A stretch of 24,886 bases of DNA from an uncultured Candidatus Saccharibacteria bacterium (GCA_964409215.1 CAYPCL010000002.1:1-24886); one strand, 5' to 3'. Positions 1-8,575 are shown, numbered from the stretch's first letter. Notes: generated from the letters alone by a model not told the origin. Program-made: numbers and translations.

Positions 1-223
1 TCATAGCCGGAGAAACCTCTCCGGTAAAAGAACCTTCCCGCCAAAAGCAGTTTTGGGCTCCCAATTTAATATTCCTCCCGAGAGCTAAAGAATCCAAAAA
101 AGGAAAAGGGGGGCAAACAATGAATTTGCTCTTGGTTTTTTTATTTATCTTTTCCAAAAGCTTTTGAGCCTCTTTTTTGCTTGAAGGATTGCATTTCCAA
201 TTGGCAACTATAATTTTTTTCAT
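1..223 (-). CDS. tpiA: Triosephosphate isomerase, N-terminal part (runs off the window; not in the ORF track)
   Basis: Manual translation from ATG at 223: MKKIIVANWKCNPSSKKEAQKLLEK...VCPPFPFL...IKLGAQNCFWREGSFTGEVSPAM. It carries the TIM motifs ANWK, CPP, GAQN and FTGEVS. ATGA overlap with the upstream gene's stop. Confidence 0.95.
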   Translation of the reverse strand, partial: MKKIIVANWKCNPSSKKEAQKLLEKINKKTKSKFIVCPPFPFLDSLALGRNIKLGAQNCFWREGSFTGEVSPAM

Positions 224-666
224 ATGGTTAGAGTTAAAAAAGTTACTATTAAAGTGGCTATTAAAAGCCCCGACAAAATCAAGGGAAAGGACTGGCGAAA
301 TTTAATGCCGAAGAGAAAAGCGCAAATGGAAGCCGTCCAGCCTCCGGTCAGGGGCAAAGGAACAGCCACTAATAATATTAAAGCAAATTTATCCAGTTTT
401 TTAAACTTCTTTCGATGGCTCCGCTCCGTTTTGGCGAAAAGCCAGCCGAAGAATCTTTCAAAAAAAACAAATCTTTCCCTTAAGAATCGGGAAACGGGTT
501 CCAAAAAAAGAAGGAGAAAAAGAACGGGAATTAGATTGCCCAAGAGAGAGAAAAAAATACCCGACCAAAGAGGAAGATTGTAGCTTTTCAAAGCCAAGGG
601 AATAGCTCCTCTTAATTCCAAAACCGGACTCATAGCCACTAAAAGTATTTTAAGTTCTACTATCAT
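220..666 (-). CDS. Small multi-pass membrane protein, COG2426 / putative small multi-drug export family
   Basis: Hydrophobic 148 aa with the family-typical SPVLELRGAIP and VAVPLPLTGGWTASI motifs. Confidence 0.8.
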   Translation of the reverse strand: MIVELKILLVAMSPVLELRGAIPLALKSYNLPLWSGIFFSLLGNLIPVLFLLLFLEPVSRFLRERFVFFERFFGWLFAKTERSHRKKFKKLDKFALILLVAVPLPLTGGWTASICAFLFGIKFRQSFPLILSGLLIATLIVTFLTLTI

Positions 667-1670
667 GATTTTCTCAAATAGAGGGCTGCTTCCCGGGGCT
701 TGATAGTTGGAATTTCAATGCCCGCTCCCAGATCAAGTCCTCCAATTTGATAAGAAATTCGGGGAATTATTTCAAAATGCCAGTGATAATAGGAATAATT
801 TCCTCCGTCAGAAGGAGAAGTTCTCAGAAAAAAATTGTAATCGGGTTTTTTTAACCCTCTTCTCATTTTAGCCAAAACCTGAGAAAAGATTTCAGCCAAA
901 GACTCTTTATCTTTTATTTCCTCAAAATAGCTTAAATGACTTTTGGGGTAAATCCTAACTGTAAAAGGCATCCTGTAGGCAAAGGGGCAAAAAGCGATAA
1001 ATTTATCATTTTCCCAGACAATTCTTTCTTTTTCCTCTTTTTCCCAATTTATTATGGAGCAGTGAATGCATTCTTTTTTCTCCCGCCAGTATTTTTCCGA
1101 ACCTAAAAGATAATTTCTAACATCGGAGTCAATAACGGGAATACCGACAATTTGAGAATGAGGATGGGAGATAGTTGCTCCAGCTTTATTGCCGTGATTA
1201 TGGAAAATAAAGATATAGTTTACAACCTTTTCTTTTTTCAATTCCAAATATCTTTCCTGATAAGCGGAAAAAACCTCGACAATCTTATCAATCGAAAGCC
1301 GGGAGAAATCTTTGCGATGGCTTCTGGTTATCACTACCTCGTGAAAACCCACTCCTTCCAAGGAACGGTAAGGCCCCCTTTCTTTCTCACTTAAATCACC
1401 GGAAGGAAAAAGAGCCGGGTATTTGTTCGGTATAACCGCCAAGCTCCATTTCTTGGAATTGTTCTTAGGATAAGTTAAAACCGGCTTCTCCTGTCCCTCC
1501 AACTTGCAGAAAGGACAATACCTTTGAGGAAAAATCTTTTTCAGAAGGGATTCCCGGCCGTTCTTTTTAAAGCTCCTCGGCCTTTCTGACCGATTGGAAG
1601 CAATAATAACCCAATCCTTGCTAATGGGATCAAAGCGGAGCTGGGAGTATTTTTTCTTTTTTAGAGACAT
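663..1670 (-). CDS. galT: Galactose-1-phosphate uridylyltransferase (GalT)-family nucleotidyltransferase
   Basis: RFDPISKDWVIIASNRSERP, CPFC zinc motif, PNKYPAL, HEVVI and catalytic HPH in AGATISHPHSQI. Start placed at ATG 1670 because a TATAAT lies 7 nt upstream; the ORF track uses 1679. The real substrate is not determinable from sequence. Confidence 0.85.
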   Translation of the reverse strand: MSLKKKKYSQLRFDPISKDWVIIASNRSERPRSFKKNGRESLLKKIFPQRYCPFCKLEGQEKPVLTYPKNNSKKWSLAVIPNKYPALFPSGDLSEKERGPYRSLEGVGFHEVVITRSHRKDFSRLSIDKIVEVFSAYQERYLELKKEKVVNYIFIFHNHGNKAGATISHPHSQIVGIPVIDSDVRNYLLGSEKYWREKKECIHCSIINWEKEEKERIVWENDKFIAFCPFAYRMPFTVRIYPKSHLSYFEEIKDKESLAEIFSQVLAKMRRGLKKPDYNFFLRTSPSDGGNYSYYHWHFEIIPRISYQIGGLDLGAGIEIPTIKPREAALYLRKS

Positions 1671-1677
1671 TACTTTC

Positions 1678-1683
1678 ATTATA
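1678..1683 (-). promoter_or_regulatory. Possible -10 element for the galT-like gene (near-leaderless)
   Basis: TATAAT 7 nt before ATG 1670; no convincing -35 (TTTTCT at 17-nt spacing). Confidence 0.4.
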
Positions 1684-1694
1684 CTAAATTTTTG

Positions 1695-1808
1695 GGAGAA
1701 AGAAAAAACCTTGAGCGGAAGCTGGTGCTCAAGGCGTAAATTATTGTGCTTTTATTTTTCAGCGATTCTCGCATTACCTTGGAGCTTCCTACGAGAAACC
1801 GCCTCTCC
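1695..1808 (-). ncRNA. Candidate structured cis-regulatory RNA (two hairpins with complementary loops), family unknown
   Basis: Hairpin 1 at 1802-1762 (GCGGUUUCUCGUA / UGCGAGAAUCGC; its G-U pairs work only on the minus strand), 27-nt A-rich linker, terminator hairpin at 1734-1709. Loop GGAAGCU (1789-1783) is complementary to loop AGCUUCC (1723-1717). Confidence 0.6.
1703..1734 (-). terminator. Intrinsic terminator-like hairpin downstream of map
   Basis: Minus-strand RNA CCUUGAGC-ACCAGCUUCC-GCUCAAGG (perfect 8-bp stem) followed by UUUUUU. Confidence 0.8.
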
Positions 1809-1823
1809 TTTAAATTTATTAAA

Positions 1824-2582
1824 TTAATTCATCTTTGTCAAGACTTGAGGCCCTTTTTTGGTTACGGCAATCGTATCTTCAAAATGAGCCGAAAGGGATC
1901 CGTCCTTGGTTTCAATGCCAAAGCCGTCAGTCGAGTCCTTTATTTCCCAGCTCCCCATTGAGGCCATGGGTTCCAAACAAACAACCATGCCTTCTTTTAT
2001 CTTTTCCCCGCTATGCCTCTTGCCGTAGTTTAAAATCTGAGGTTCTTGATGAAGCTCCCGGCCTATTCCGTGGCCGCATAAATCGCGGATAACGCTAAAA
2101 CCCTGGGATTCAATAAATCTTTGAATGGTATTGCCGACATCGCCGAAGGTATTGCCGGGTTTTGCTTTTTTAATTCCCAATTTCAAAGATTTCTTAACAG
2201 CTTTAATCAGTCTCAAAGCTTCAAAATCAGTGAATTTTTCCCGGGAAATAGGAATAGTCAAAGCCATATCGCTGTAATATCCCTTATACTTAACTCCCAA
2301 ATCCAAAGATAAAATATCCCCCTCTTTCAATTTGTAATCAGAGGGAAGGCCGTGGACAATTTGGCTGTTTATTGAGGTACAAAGAGCAGCTGGAAATCCC
2401 TGATAATTTTTAAAAGCCGGCTCAGCCTTGGATTTTAAAATAAGGTCTTCAGCGACCTTGTTTAATTCTTTGGTGGAAATTCCAACTGCGGCCATTCTTT
2501 TAAGCTCTTTCATAACAGCTGAAAGAATAAAAGCTGCTTCCCGCATAGTATCCATTTCCTTTTTGGATTTCAAAGAAATCAT
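1824..2582 (-). CDS. map: Methionine aminopeptidase type I
   Basis: IVHGLP, LDLG, SDMA, CGHGIG, LEPM and HFEDT metal-site motifs; canonical position after adk. Confidence 0.97.
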   Translation of the reverse strand: MISLKSKKEMDTMREAAFILSAVMKELKRMAAVGISTKELNKVAEDLILKSKAEPAFKNYQGFPAALCTSINSQIVHGLPSDYKLKEGDILSLDLGVKYKGYYSDMALTIPISREKFTDFEALRLIKAVKKSLKLGIKKAKPGNTFGDVGNTIQRFIESQGFSVIRDLCGHGIGRELHQEPQILNYGKRHSGEKIKEGMVVCLEPMASMGSWEIKDSTDGFGIETKDGSLSAHFEDTIAVTKKGPQVLTKMN

Positions 2583-3238
2583 TTTAAAGCTTTTAAAATA
2601 TCATCAAAAACATCTTTAATCGGCTGTTCGCCGTCAATTTCTATCAATTTTCCTTTTTCCCGATAGTAGTCAATTACCTTGATAACTCTTTTATCAAAAA
2701 AATCAAGGCGGTTCTTTATGGAATTTGGATTATCATCCTCCCTGGCTACAAGTTCTCCTCCGCATTTATCACAAACCTTAAGCTTTTTAAAACCCTCAAC
2801 CCAGGGAATCAAACGACCGCATTTTTTGCAAATTCTTCTCTTAGTCAACCTTTCAAAAGCTTCTTTCCGGGAGATATCTATTAAAATTGGATGGAAATTT
2901 TTTTCTTTTCCCAGCCAAACCAAAAAACTATCCAGGACTTTAGCTTCTCCGATTCTCCGGGTTGCCCCGTCAAAAAGAATACCCTGGCCTTCCTTGATAT
3001 TGTAGGATATTTCATGAAGGAGCAGAGCTATTGCCAAATCATCAAAAGGCAAACCTCCTTCATCAATAATTTTGTTAATCTTTTTCCCCGCCAAGGTGTC
3101 TTTTTCGGCCAAATCCCGGAAAAGATCACCAGTGGAAAGATAAAACAAATTACCAAAATGCTCCATTAGAAGCTTGGCTTGAGTTCCCTTCCCGGAACCG
3201 GAACGGCCTATTAGATTGAGACTTATTGTTCCTGGCAT
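2579..3238 (-). CDS. adk: Adenylate kinase (zinc-lid type) with divergent NMP-site motifs
   Basis: P-loop GRSGSGKGTQ, STGDLFR, lid RRICKKC...CDKCGG, REDD, RL; located between secY and map. Confidence 0.9.
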   Translation of the reverse strand: MPGTISLNLIGRSGSGKGTQAKLLMEHFGNLFYLSTGDLFRDLAEKDTLAGKKINKIIDEGGLPFDDLAIALLLHEISYNIKEGQGILFDGATRRIGEAKVLDSFLVWLGKEKNFHPILIDISRKEAFERLTKRRICKKCGRLIPWVEGFKKLKVCDKCGGELVAREDDNPNSIKNRLDFFDKRVIKVIDYYREKGKLIEIDGEQPIKDVFDDILKALK

Positions 3239-3247
3239 CCTGATTGG

Positions 3248-3276
3248 ATTATAGAAGAAAAATTTATAATTTACAA
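3248..3276 (-). promoter_or_regulatory. Sigma70-type internal promoter for adk-map
   Basis: TTGTAA (3276-3271), 17 nt, TATAAT (3253-3248), 9 nt before the adk ATG. Confidence 0.7.
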
Positions 3277-3283
3277 GAATTTT

Positions 3284-4564
3284 TTAGAAATCCTCATACT
3301 CCCTCATCTCCATTTGGGACTTAATCTGCCTCCAGGTGTCCAGAACAACACTGACAACAATAAGAACGGCTGTTCCTCCGATTAAGAAGCCGAAGGAAGT
3401 TACCCCGGTTGTCCCCTGGATAATGGAAGGCATAACGGCTATTAAGCCTAAAGATAAAGCTCCGATAAAAAGGGTTCTATAGAGTATCTTATGAAGGAAT
3501 TGAGCGGTAGATTTGCCCGGCCTGATACCGGGAACGAATCCCCCCATTTTCTTAAGATTTTGGGAAATTGATTCCGGATCAAAGGTAACGGCGGTATAGA
3601 AATAAGTAAAGAGAAAAACCAAGCCGAAAAAGGATATTCCGTAAACCCAGCTATTTTGAAAGAAATTAGCCACCGATTTAACGGCTTGGGCAATAAAGGA
3701 ACCGCCTTCGGCAAAAAAGTTGGCTATCATATTGGGAAACATAAGAAGAGCCAAGGCAAAAATAATGGGAATAACTCCGGCCGGATTGATATTCATCGGC
3801 AGATAGGTGGAAACTCCCCCGTACATTTTGTTCCCCCTGACTCTCTTGGCGTAGGAAACGGGAATATTTCTCCGGGCTTGGGTTATCAAAACAACTCCGG
3901 CGATTATAAGGAGAGCGACTCCAAAAAAGAAAATATAGTTGGGAACCTGAGAAGGATCCCATTTGGCAATCATTGCTCCAATTTCCGAAGGAGTTCTGGC
4001 AATAATGCCGGCGAAAATAAGAAGAGAAACTCCATTGCCTATCCCCTTCTCCGATATTAATTCACCCAGCCACATTAAAAAGACGGAGCCGGCAGTTATG
4101 GTGACAATTCCTCCGGCCAGTTGAACAAAAGAAAGCTGGGGAACGGCCCCCTTGCTTTGAAGCAGAGCCAACATAGCGTAGGACTGAAGAATGGCAAAAG
4201 GGACGGTTAGAATTCTACCTATTTGATTGAATTTTCTCTTCCCTTCTTCACCTTCTTCCTTGTAAATCTTCTCCAACTTGGGGAAAATCATAGTTAAAAG
4301 CTGGAGGATAATAACACCGGTAATATAGGGGCCTAAACCCAGCATTACTATTGAAAGATTGCTCAAAGCTCCTCCAACAAATAAATTCAAGAGGCCTAAA
4401 AATTGATTGCCGCTGAAAATTTCCTTTAAACTTTCGCTGGCAATGGTGGGAATGGGAATATTGGCCGCCAGCCTGAAAACGGCAAAAATCGCCAGAACAA
4501 AGAGAATTTTATTCCGAAGCTGTTTGTCTTTAAATATTAAAATAATTTTATTAAGCCACTTCAT
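3284..4564 (-). CDS. secY: Preprotein translocase subunit SecY
   Basis: LGLGPYIT, LMWLGELISEKGIGNGVSLLIF, YLPMNINPAGVIPIIF, GGFVPGIRPG, GGTAVLIVV. Confidence 0.99.
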   Translation of the reverse strand: MKWLNKIILIFKDKQLRNKILFVLAIFAVFRLAANIPIPTIASESLKEIFSGNQFLGLLNLFVGGALSNLSIVMLGLGPYITGVIILQLLTMIFPKLEKIYKEEGEEGKRKFNQIGRILTVPFAILQSYAMLALLQSKGAVPQLSFVQLAGGIVTITAGSVFLMWLGELISEKGIGNGVSLLIFAGIIARTPSEIGAMIAKWDPSQVPNYIFFFGVALLIIAGVVLITQARRNIPVSYAKRVRGNKMYGGVSTYLPMNINPAGVIPIIFALALLMFPNMIANFFAEGGSFIAQAVKSVANFFQNSWVYGISFFGLVFLFTYFYTAVTFDPESISQNLKKMGGFVPGIRPGKSTAQFLHKILYRTLFIGALSLGLIAVMPSIIQGTTGVTSFGFLIGGTAVLIVVSVVLDTWRQIKSQMEMREYEDF

Positions 4565-4992
4565 ATTTTCACTTCTCCCCCGGCTTTCTTAATTTTCTCC
4601 CGGGCGCTCTTAGAAACTCGGCATCCTTCAACAATCAACTTCTTTTTTAAATCTCCCTGGCCGAGAATTTTGACTTTAGGCACCTTATTATTTATCTTAC
4701 GAATCATTTTCCTCTTTAGCAAAATTGGAGGAGTTACTTTTTCTCCTTTTTTGAAATTATTTTCCAAGTCGAAAAGATTGATTATTCTCTCTTTCTTGTC
4801 TTTAGCAGAAGTTCGATATCCCCTCAGTTTGTGATATTTCTTTATCAACTCTCTTACTATCGGCTTGGATCCGCTGCCGGCTCTGGCTTTCTGCCCCTTG
4901 ATTCCCCTTCCGGAATAGGTGCCTTTCTTGCCTCCCCGGCCGATTCTTTTCTTCTTTTTTCTATTTTTGTTTTTCAGCTGGTGAATTTGCAT
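4561..4992 (-). CDS. rplO: 50S ribosomal protein uL15
   Basis: RIGRGGKKGTYSGRGIKGQKAR, KVKILGQG, SKSAREKIKKAGG. Confidence 0.97.
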   Translation of the reverse strand: MQIHQLKNKNRKKKKRIGRGGKKGTYSGRGIKGQKARAGSGSKPIVRELIKKYHKLRGYRTSAKDKKERIINLFDLENNFKKGEKVTPPILLKRKMIRKINNKVPKVKILGQGDLKKKLIVEGCRVSKSAREKIKKAGGEVKI

Positions 4993-5446
4993 TTTTAACT
5001 TTTAATTTCTTAAGAGCTTTAATTGTTGCTCTGGCAATATTCAATTTATTTCTCGTTCGAGAAATCAATTTGGAAGAAATGTTTTTAATTCCGGCAAGAT
5101 TACAAACAACTCTGACAACTCCTCCGGCTACAACCCCTCTTCCTTTGGTTTGAGGACGGAGGAGAACCTTGGCTGAACCGTATTTTGCTATTACTTCATG
5201 GGGAATGGTCTCTTCAACAAAAGTAATTTTAATGGTCTCTTTCTTAGCCGAACGGGTGGCTTTTTGAATCCCTTGAGCCACATCTCTTCCTTTGGCTGCT
5301 CCGACACCAACTCTCCCTTTTCCATCTCCGACTATAACAACTGCTCGGAAGCGCAGCTGTTTACCTCCGGCTGTAACTTTGGTTACCCGGGCTAAATCCA
5401 GCAATTGGGAATTAAAATCATCTTTTTTTGTTTTTGGTTTAATCAT
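4961..5446 (-). CDS. rpsE: 30S ribosomal protein uS5
   Basis: RVTKVTAGGKQLRFRAVVIVGDGKGRVGVG, GRGVVAGG, NIARAT. Confidence 0.98.
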   Translation of the reverse strand: MIKPKTKKDDFNSQLLDLARVTKVTAGGKQLRFRAVVIVGDGKGRVGVGAAKGRDVAQGIQKATRSAKKETIKITFVEETIPHEVIAKYGSAKVLLRPQTKGRGVVAGGVVRVVCNLAGIKNISSKLISRTRNKLNIARATIKALKKLKVKNANSPAEKQK

Positions 5447-5448
5447 AT

Positions 5449-5802
5449 TTAAAATTCTAGTCCTTTTTCCCGGGCTCCTTCGGCTAGGGCTTTAACCCGG
5501 CCGTGATACTTATATCCTCCCCGGTCAAAAACAACCTTTTTAATTTTCTTTTTAAGAGCCTCTTCAGCCATTAATTTACCTACCTCTGAAGCTTTCTCTT
5601 TCTTACTCTTTTGAGAGGACTTTAAATCTAAATCGGAAAGGGAAAGGAGTGTCTTTTCTTTCTGATCATCAATCAATTGAGCATAGATATGCTGATTGGA
5701 CCGAAACACGAAAAGACGAGGCCTTTGAGAAGTGCCTTTTACTTTTCCTCTTATTCTTCTGTGTCTTTTTTTTCTTTTATTCAGCATGTTATTCTTCGGC
5801 AA
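5449..5802 (-). CDS. rplR: 50S ribosomal protein uL18
   Basis: [43 protein letters not shown]. Confidence 0.98.
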   Translation of the reverse strand: MPKNNMLNKRKKRHRRIRGKVKGTSQRPRLFVFRSNQHIYAQLIDDQKEKTLLSLSDLDLKSSQKSKKEKASEVGKLMAEEALKKKIKKVVFDRGGYKYHGRVKALAEGAREKGLEF

Positions 5803-6331
5803 CCGCTTTCTTGCCCTCTTTTCTTCTTACTTTTTCTCCAAGATATCTGATTCCCTTTCCCTTATAGGGCTCGGGCGGTTTAACTTTTCTTATTTTAGCT
5901 GCTAATTCTCCTACTTCTTGCTTGTTGATACCGGAAACAGTAATGATATTTTTCTCCACCAAAATTTCCAGATTCTCCGGAATTTTCATTTTTACCTGAT
6001 GAGAAAAACCAACATCCAACTCTAATTCTCTTCCCTGAAGAGCCGCCTTATAGCCGATGCCTTGGATTTCCAGCTTCTTTTCAAAACCTTCGGTCACTCC
6101 CTTGATATTGTTGGCTAAGAGGGTTCTTGTCAATCCCCAAAAGGATTTTCCCCTTTTATTTTCAAGACCGGGAACAACAAACAATTTTCCGTCTTTTTCC
6201 TCAACCGAAATCTCTTTGGGAATATCGTTATAGAGCTCCCCTTTGGGGCCTTTGATCACCACTCTTCCCTTATCCATTTTAATTTCCACTCCCTGGGGTA
6301 TTTCAATTGGCTTTTTCCCTATATGAGACAT
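5789..6331 (-). CDS. rplF: 50S ribosomal protein uL6
   Basis: [37 protein letters not shown]. Confidence 0.98.
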   Translation of the reverse strand: MSHIGKKPIEIPQGVEIKMDKGRVVIKGPKGELYNDIPKEISVEEKDGKLFVVPGLENKRGKSFWGLTRTLLANNIKGVTEGFEKKLEIQGIGYKAALQGRELELDVGFSHQVKMKIPENLEILVEKNIITVSGINKQEVGELAAKIRKVKPPEPYKGKGIRYLGEKVRRKEGKKAVAEE

Positions 6332-6335
6332 AAAT

Positions 6336-6725
6336 TTACCAAATTTCGGCTATTATTTCCCCTCCCAAGTTTTCTTTTCTGGCCTTTTGGCCGGTCATCA
6401 AACCCTTGGGGGTGGAAATAATGCTAATCCCGTAGCCTTCCCGAACTTTCCTAATTTCTTTTGATTTCAAATAAATTTTCCGGCCCGGCTTGGATATTTT
6501 CTTAAGAGAAATTATAGCCGGTTTTCCTTCCTTATCGTATTTAAGAAAGATTATAATGTTTTTCTTAATTCCTTTCTTGGTTTCCTTAAAATCCCTGATA
6601 AACTTATTTTCAGCCAAAATCTCGGCTATTCTCAGCTTTATTTTGGAAAAAGGAACATCAACCGCCGGTTTCCCGACCGCCTGGCTGTTTCTTATCCTTG
6701 TTAACATGTCAGCTATTGCATCCAT
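6336..6725 (-). CDS. rpsH: 30S ribosomal protein uS8
   Basis: DAIADMLTRIRN, ISKPGRKIY, IISTPKGLMT, GGEII. Confidence 0.98.
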   Translation of the reverse strand: MDAIADMLTRIRNSQAVGKPAVDVPFSKIKLRIAEILAENKFIRDFKETKKGIKKNIIIFLKYDKEGKPAIISLKKISKPGRKIYLKSKEIRKVREGYGISIISTPKGLMTGQKARKENLGGEIIAEIW

Positions 6726-6728
6726 AAT

Positions 6729-6914
6729 TTACCAACTGCTTTTCTTAATTCCGGGAATCTTGGCTTTGGCTGCCATTTCCCGAAAACATATCCGGCAAAG
6801 TCCGAAATCCCTCATATAACCTCTTCTTCGGCCACACTTAAAACAGCGCCGGACAACACGACTTTTAAATTTGGGTGTCTTCTTTGATTTTTCTATTTGA
6901 CTTTTTTTAGCCAT
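6729..6914 (-). CDS. rpsN: 30S ribosomal protein uS14, short zinc-binding (C+) form
   Basis: 61 aa; [10 protein letters not shown]...[11 protein letters not shown]...IPGIKKSSW. Confidence 0.97.
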   Translation of the reverse strand: MAKKSQIEKSKKTPKFKSRVVRRCFKCGRRRGYMRDFGLCRICFREMAAKAKIPGIKKSSW

Positions 6915-6916
6915 AA

Positions 6917-7477
6917 TTAACTTTCTTTCTTAAAAGGAACCCCCATTAACTTTAACAATTCCAGGGATTCTTCTCTGCTCTTGGCTTTGGTGACTATTGT
7001 CACTTCCAAGCCGAAGATATTTTTTTCCCTTTCAGCTATAACTTCGGGAAAGGGGCCGTATTCCTCAAAACCAATAGTCAGATTACCACTTTTATCCAAA
7101 GATTTCAAAGAAATTCCCTGAAAGTCACGAGTTCGGGGCAGAACCACCGAGATTAATTTCTCTAAAAAGCCGAACATTTTTTGCCCCCGGAGAGTAACTT
7201 TAGCTCCAACCGGAACTCCCTCTCTTAATTTAAAAGAGGCTATTGAAATCCTGGCTTTAGTCAACTTCGGCTTTTGGCCACTAATATTTTTTAAAACTTC
7301 TATTGTATTGTTGATAATCTTCTCCCTTTCCGAAGAATCCTTACCGGAAGCTCTTTTGCCGAAACTGGAATTAAGAACAACTTTCTTTATTTTCGGAACA
7401 GCCATAATATTTTTGTAATCAAACTCCTCCATTAATTTGGGAAGGACCTCTTTTTTATACTTTTCTCCTAATCTCAT
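6917..7477 (-). CDS. rplE: 50S ribosomal protein uL5
   Basis: [41 protein letters not shown]. Confidence 0.98.
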   Translation of the reverse strand: MRLGEKYKKEVLPKLMEEFDYKNIMAVPKIKKVVLNSSFGKRASGKDSSEREKIINNTIEVLKNISGQKPKLTKARISIASFKLREGVPVGAKVTLRGQKMFGFLEKLISVVLPRTRDFQGISLKSLDKSGNLTIGFEEYGPFPEVIAEREKNIFGLEVTIVTKAKSREESLELLKLMGVPFKKES

Positions 7478-7779
7478 ATTTCCTGGTTACACTTTTTACA
7501 CAGCCTGTGTTTCTTTTCTCCTGATTTCCCGTAGCCCGCCTTAGTCGGCTTGCCGCACTTGGGACAAATTAATTTTACATTGGAAACGGGAATGGGAGCG
7601 GCTATTTCAATAACTTGGCCTTTTTCGCCCTCCTTCTTGGGACGATGATGTTTCTTTTTCATATTTACATTCTCAACCAAAATCTTTGACTCTTCGGGAA
7701 ATCCCCTTAAAACCTTGGATTTCTTTCCTTTGTCCTTTCCCCTAATTATTAAAACTTGGTCCTCTTTTCTTATTTTCAT
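7474..7779 (-). CDS. rplX: 50S ribosomal protein uL24
   Basis: KOW motif GKDKGK, VENVN, APIPVSNV. Confidence 0.97.
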   Translation of the reverse strand: MKIRKEDQVLIIRGKDKGKKSKVLRGFPEESKILVENVNMKKKHHRPKKEGEKGQVIEIAAPIPVSNVKLICPKCGKPTKAGYGKSGEKKHRLCKKCNQEI

Positions 7780-8144
7780 ACAACTTCCTTGGCTAAAGTT
7801 ACAATTTTTTCAAAACCTTTTTCTTTTAATTCCCGGGGGATGGGGCCGAAAATTCTATTGCCTCTTATTTCCTTATTTTCGTTCAGGAGACAACAGGCAT
7901 TTTCATCAAACCTGATATAGGTTCCGTCCTTTCTCTTAAAATTTTTCTTTTGCCTGACAATAACCGCTTTGACAATAGCATGAGTTTTAACTTCCCTACC
8001 CGCTTCGGCTTGCTTGACAGAAGCAATGATTATATCGCCTATTTGGGCATATCTTTTCCTGGTTCCTCCGGGAACATTAAAACACTGGACCATCTTAGCT
8101 CCGGTATTATCGGCTACTTTTACTTTTGTTCCCGGTTGAATCAT
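7776..8144 (-). CDS. rplN: 50S ribosomal protein uL14
   Basis: MIQPGT, VADNTGAK, DGTYIRFDENA, RIFGPI. Confidence 0.98.
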   Translation of the reverse strand: MIQPGTKVKVADNTGAKMVQCFNVPGGTRKRYAQIGDIIIASVKQAEAGREVKTHAIVKAVIVRQKKNFKRKDGTYIRFDENACCLLNENKEIRGNRIFGPIPRELKEKGFEKIVTLAKEVV

Positions 8145-8374
8145 ACTTTTTTCTTAACAATCCACCTTTTATCCTTACTTAAAGGACGGCATTCTTCAAT
8201 ATTAATCCTATCACCGACCTTATAGTCTCCTTTTTCAAAATGAGCCTTATAGTTGTTGGAAACCTTGTACCTTTTTTTGTACTTGGGATGCTGTTTAATC
8301 CTGGTTACTTTAACAACTAATGTCTTCTTCATTTTATCGGAGATAACTTCTCCTTGTAATATTTTTTTGGCCAT
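8141..8374 (-). CDS. rpsQ: 30S ribosomal protein uS17
   Basis: GEVISDKMKKT, HPKYKK, ECRPLSKDKRW. Confidence 0.97.
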   Translation of the reverse strand: MAKKILQGEVISDKMKKTLVVKVTRIKQHPKYKKRYKVSNNYKAHFEKGDYKVGDRINIEECRPLSKDKRWIVKKKV

Positions 8375-8377
8375 AAA

Positions 8378-8572
8378 TTATTTTTGATTAAGAAAAGTTT
8401 TTATTCGAGCAATATCCTTTCTGTTTTCTCTTATTTCCTTAACATTCTTGATATTACCGGCGCTTAGATCAAACTTAAATTGGCGGAGTTTGCTTCTCTT
8501 TTCATTTAAAATTTTGGAAAGCTCTTTTTTGCTCTTTTTTTTAAAATCTTTTATTTTTTCTTTTCTTTTCAT
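8378..8572 (-). CDS. rpmC: 50S ribosomal protein uL29
   Basis: LRQFKF...IRENRKDIARIKT; position between rplP and rpsQ. Confidence 0.93.
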   Translation of the reverse strand: MKRKEKIKDFKKKSKKELSKILNEKRSKLRQFKFDLSAGNIKNVKEIRENRKDIARIKTFLNQK

Positions 8573-8575
8573 AAG

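Noticed and set aside
1770-1795. AGGAAGCUCCAAGGUAAUG resembles the 3' side of SRP 4.5S RNA domain IV (AGGAAGCAGCCAAGGCAGAUG)
   Set aside because: The matching 5' strand (CAGG...), the GNRA-capped helix and the symmetric internal loop are missing, and the segment is better explained as a hairpin loop. A cmsearch would settle it.
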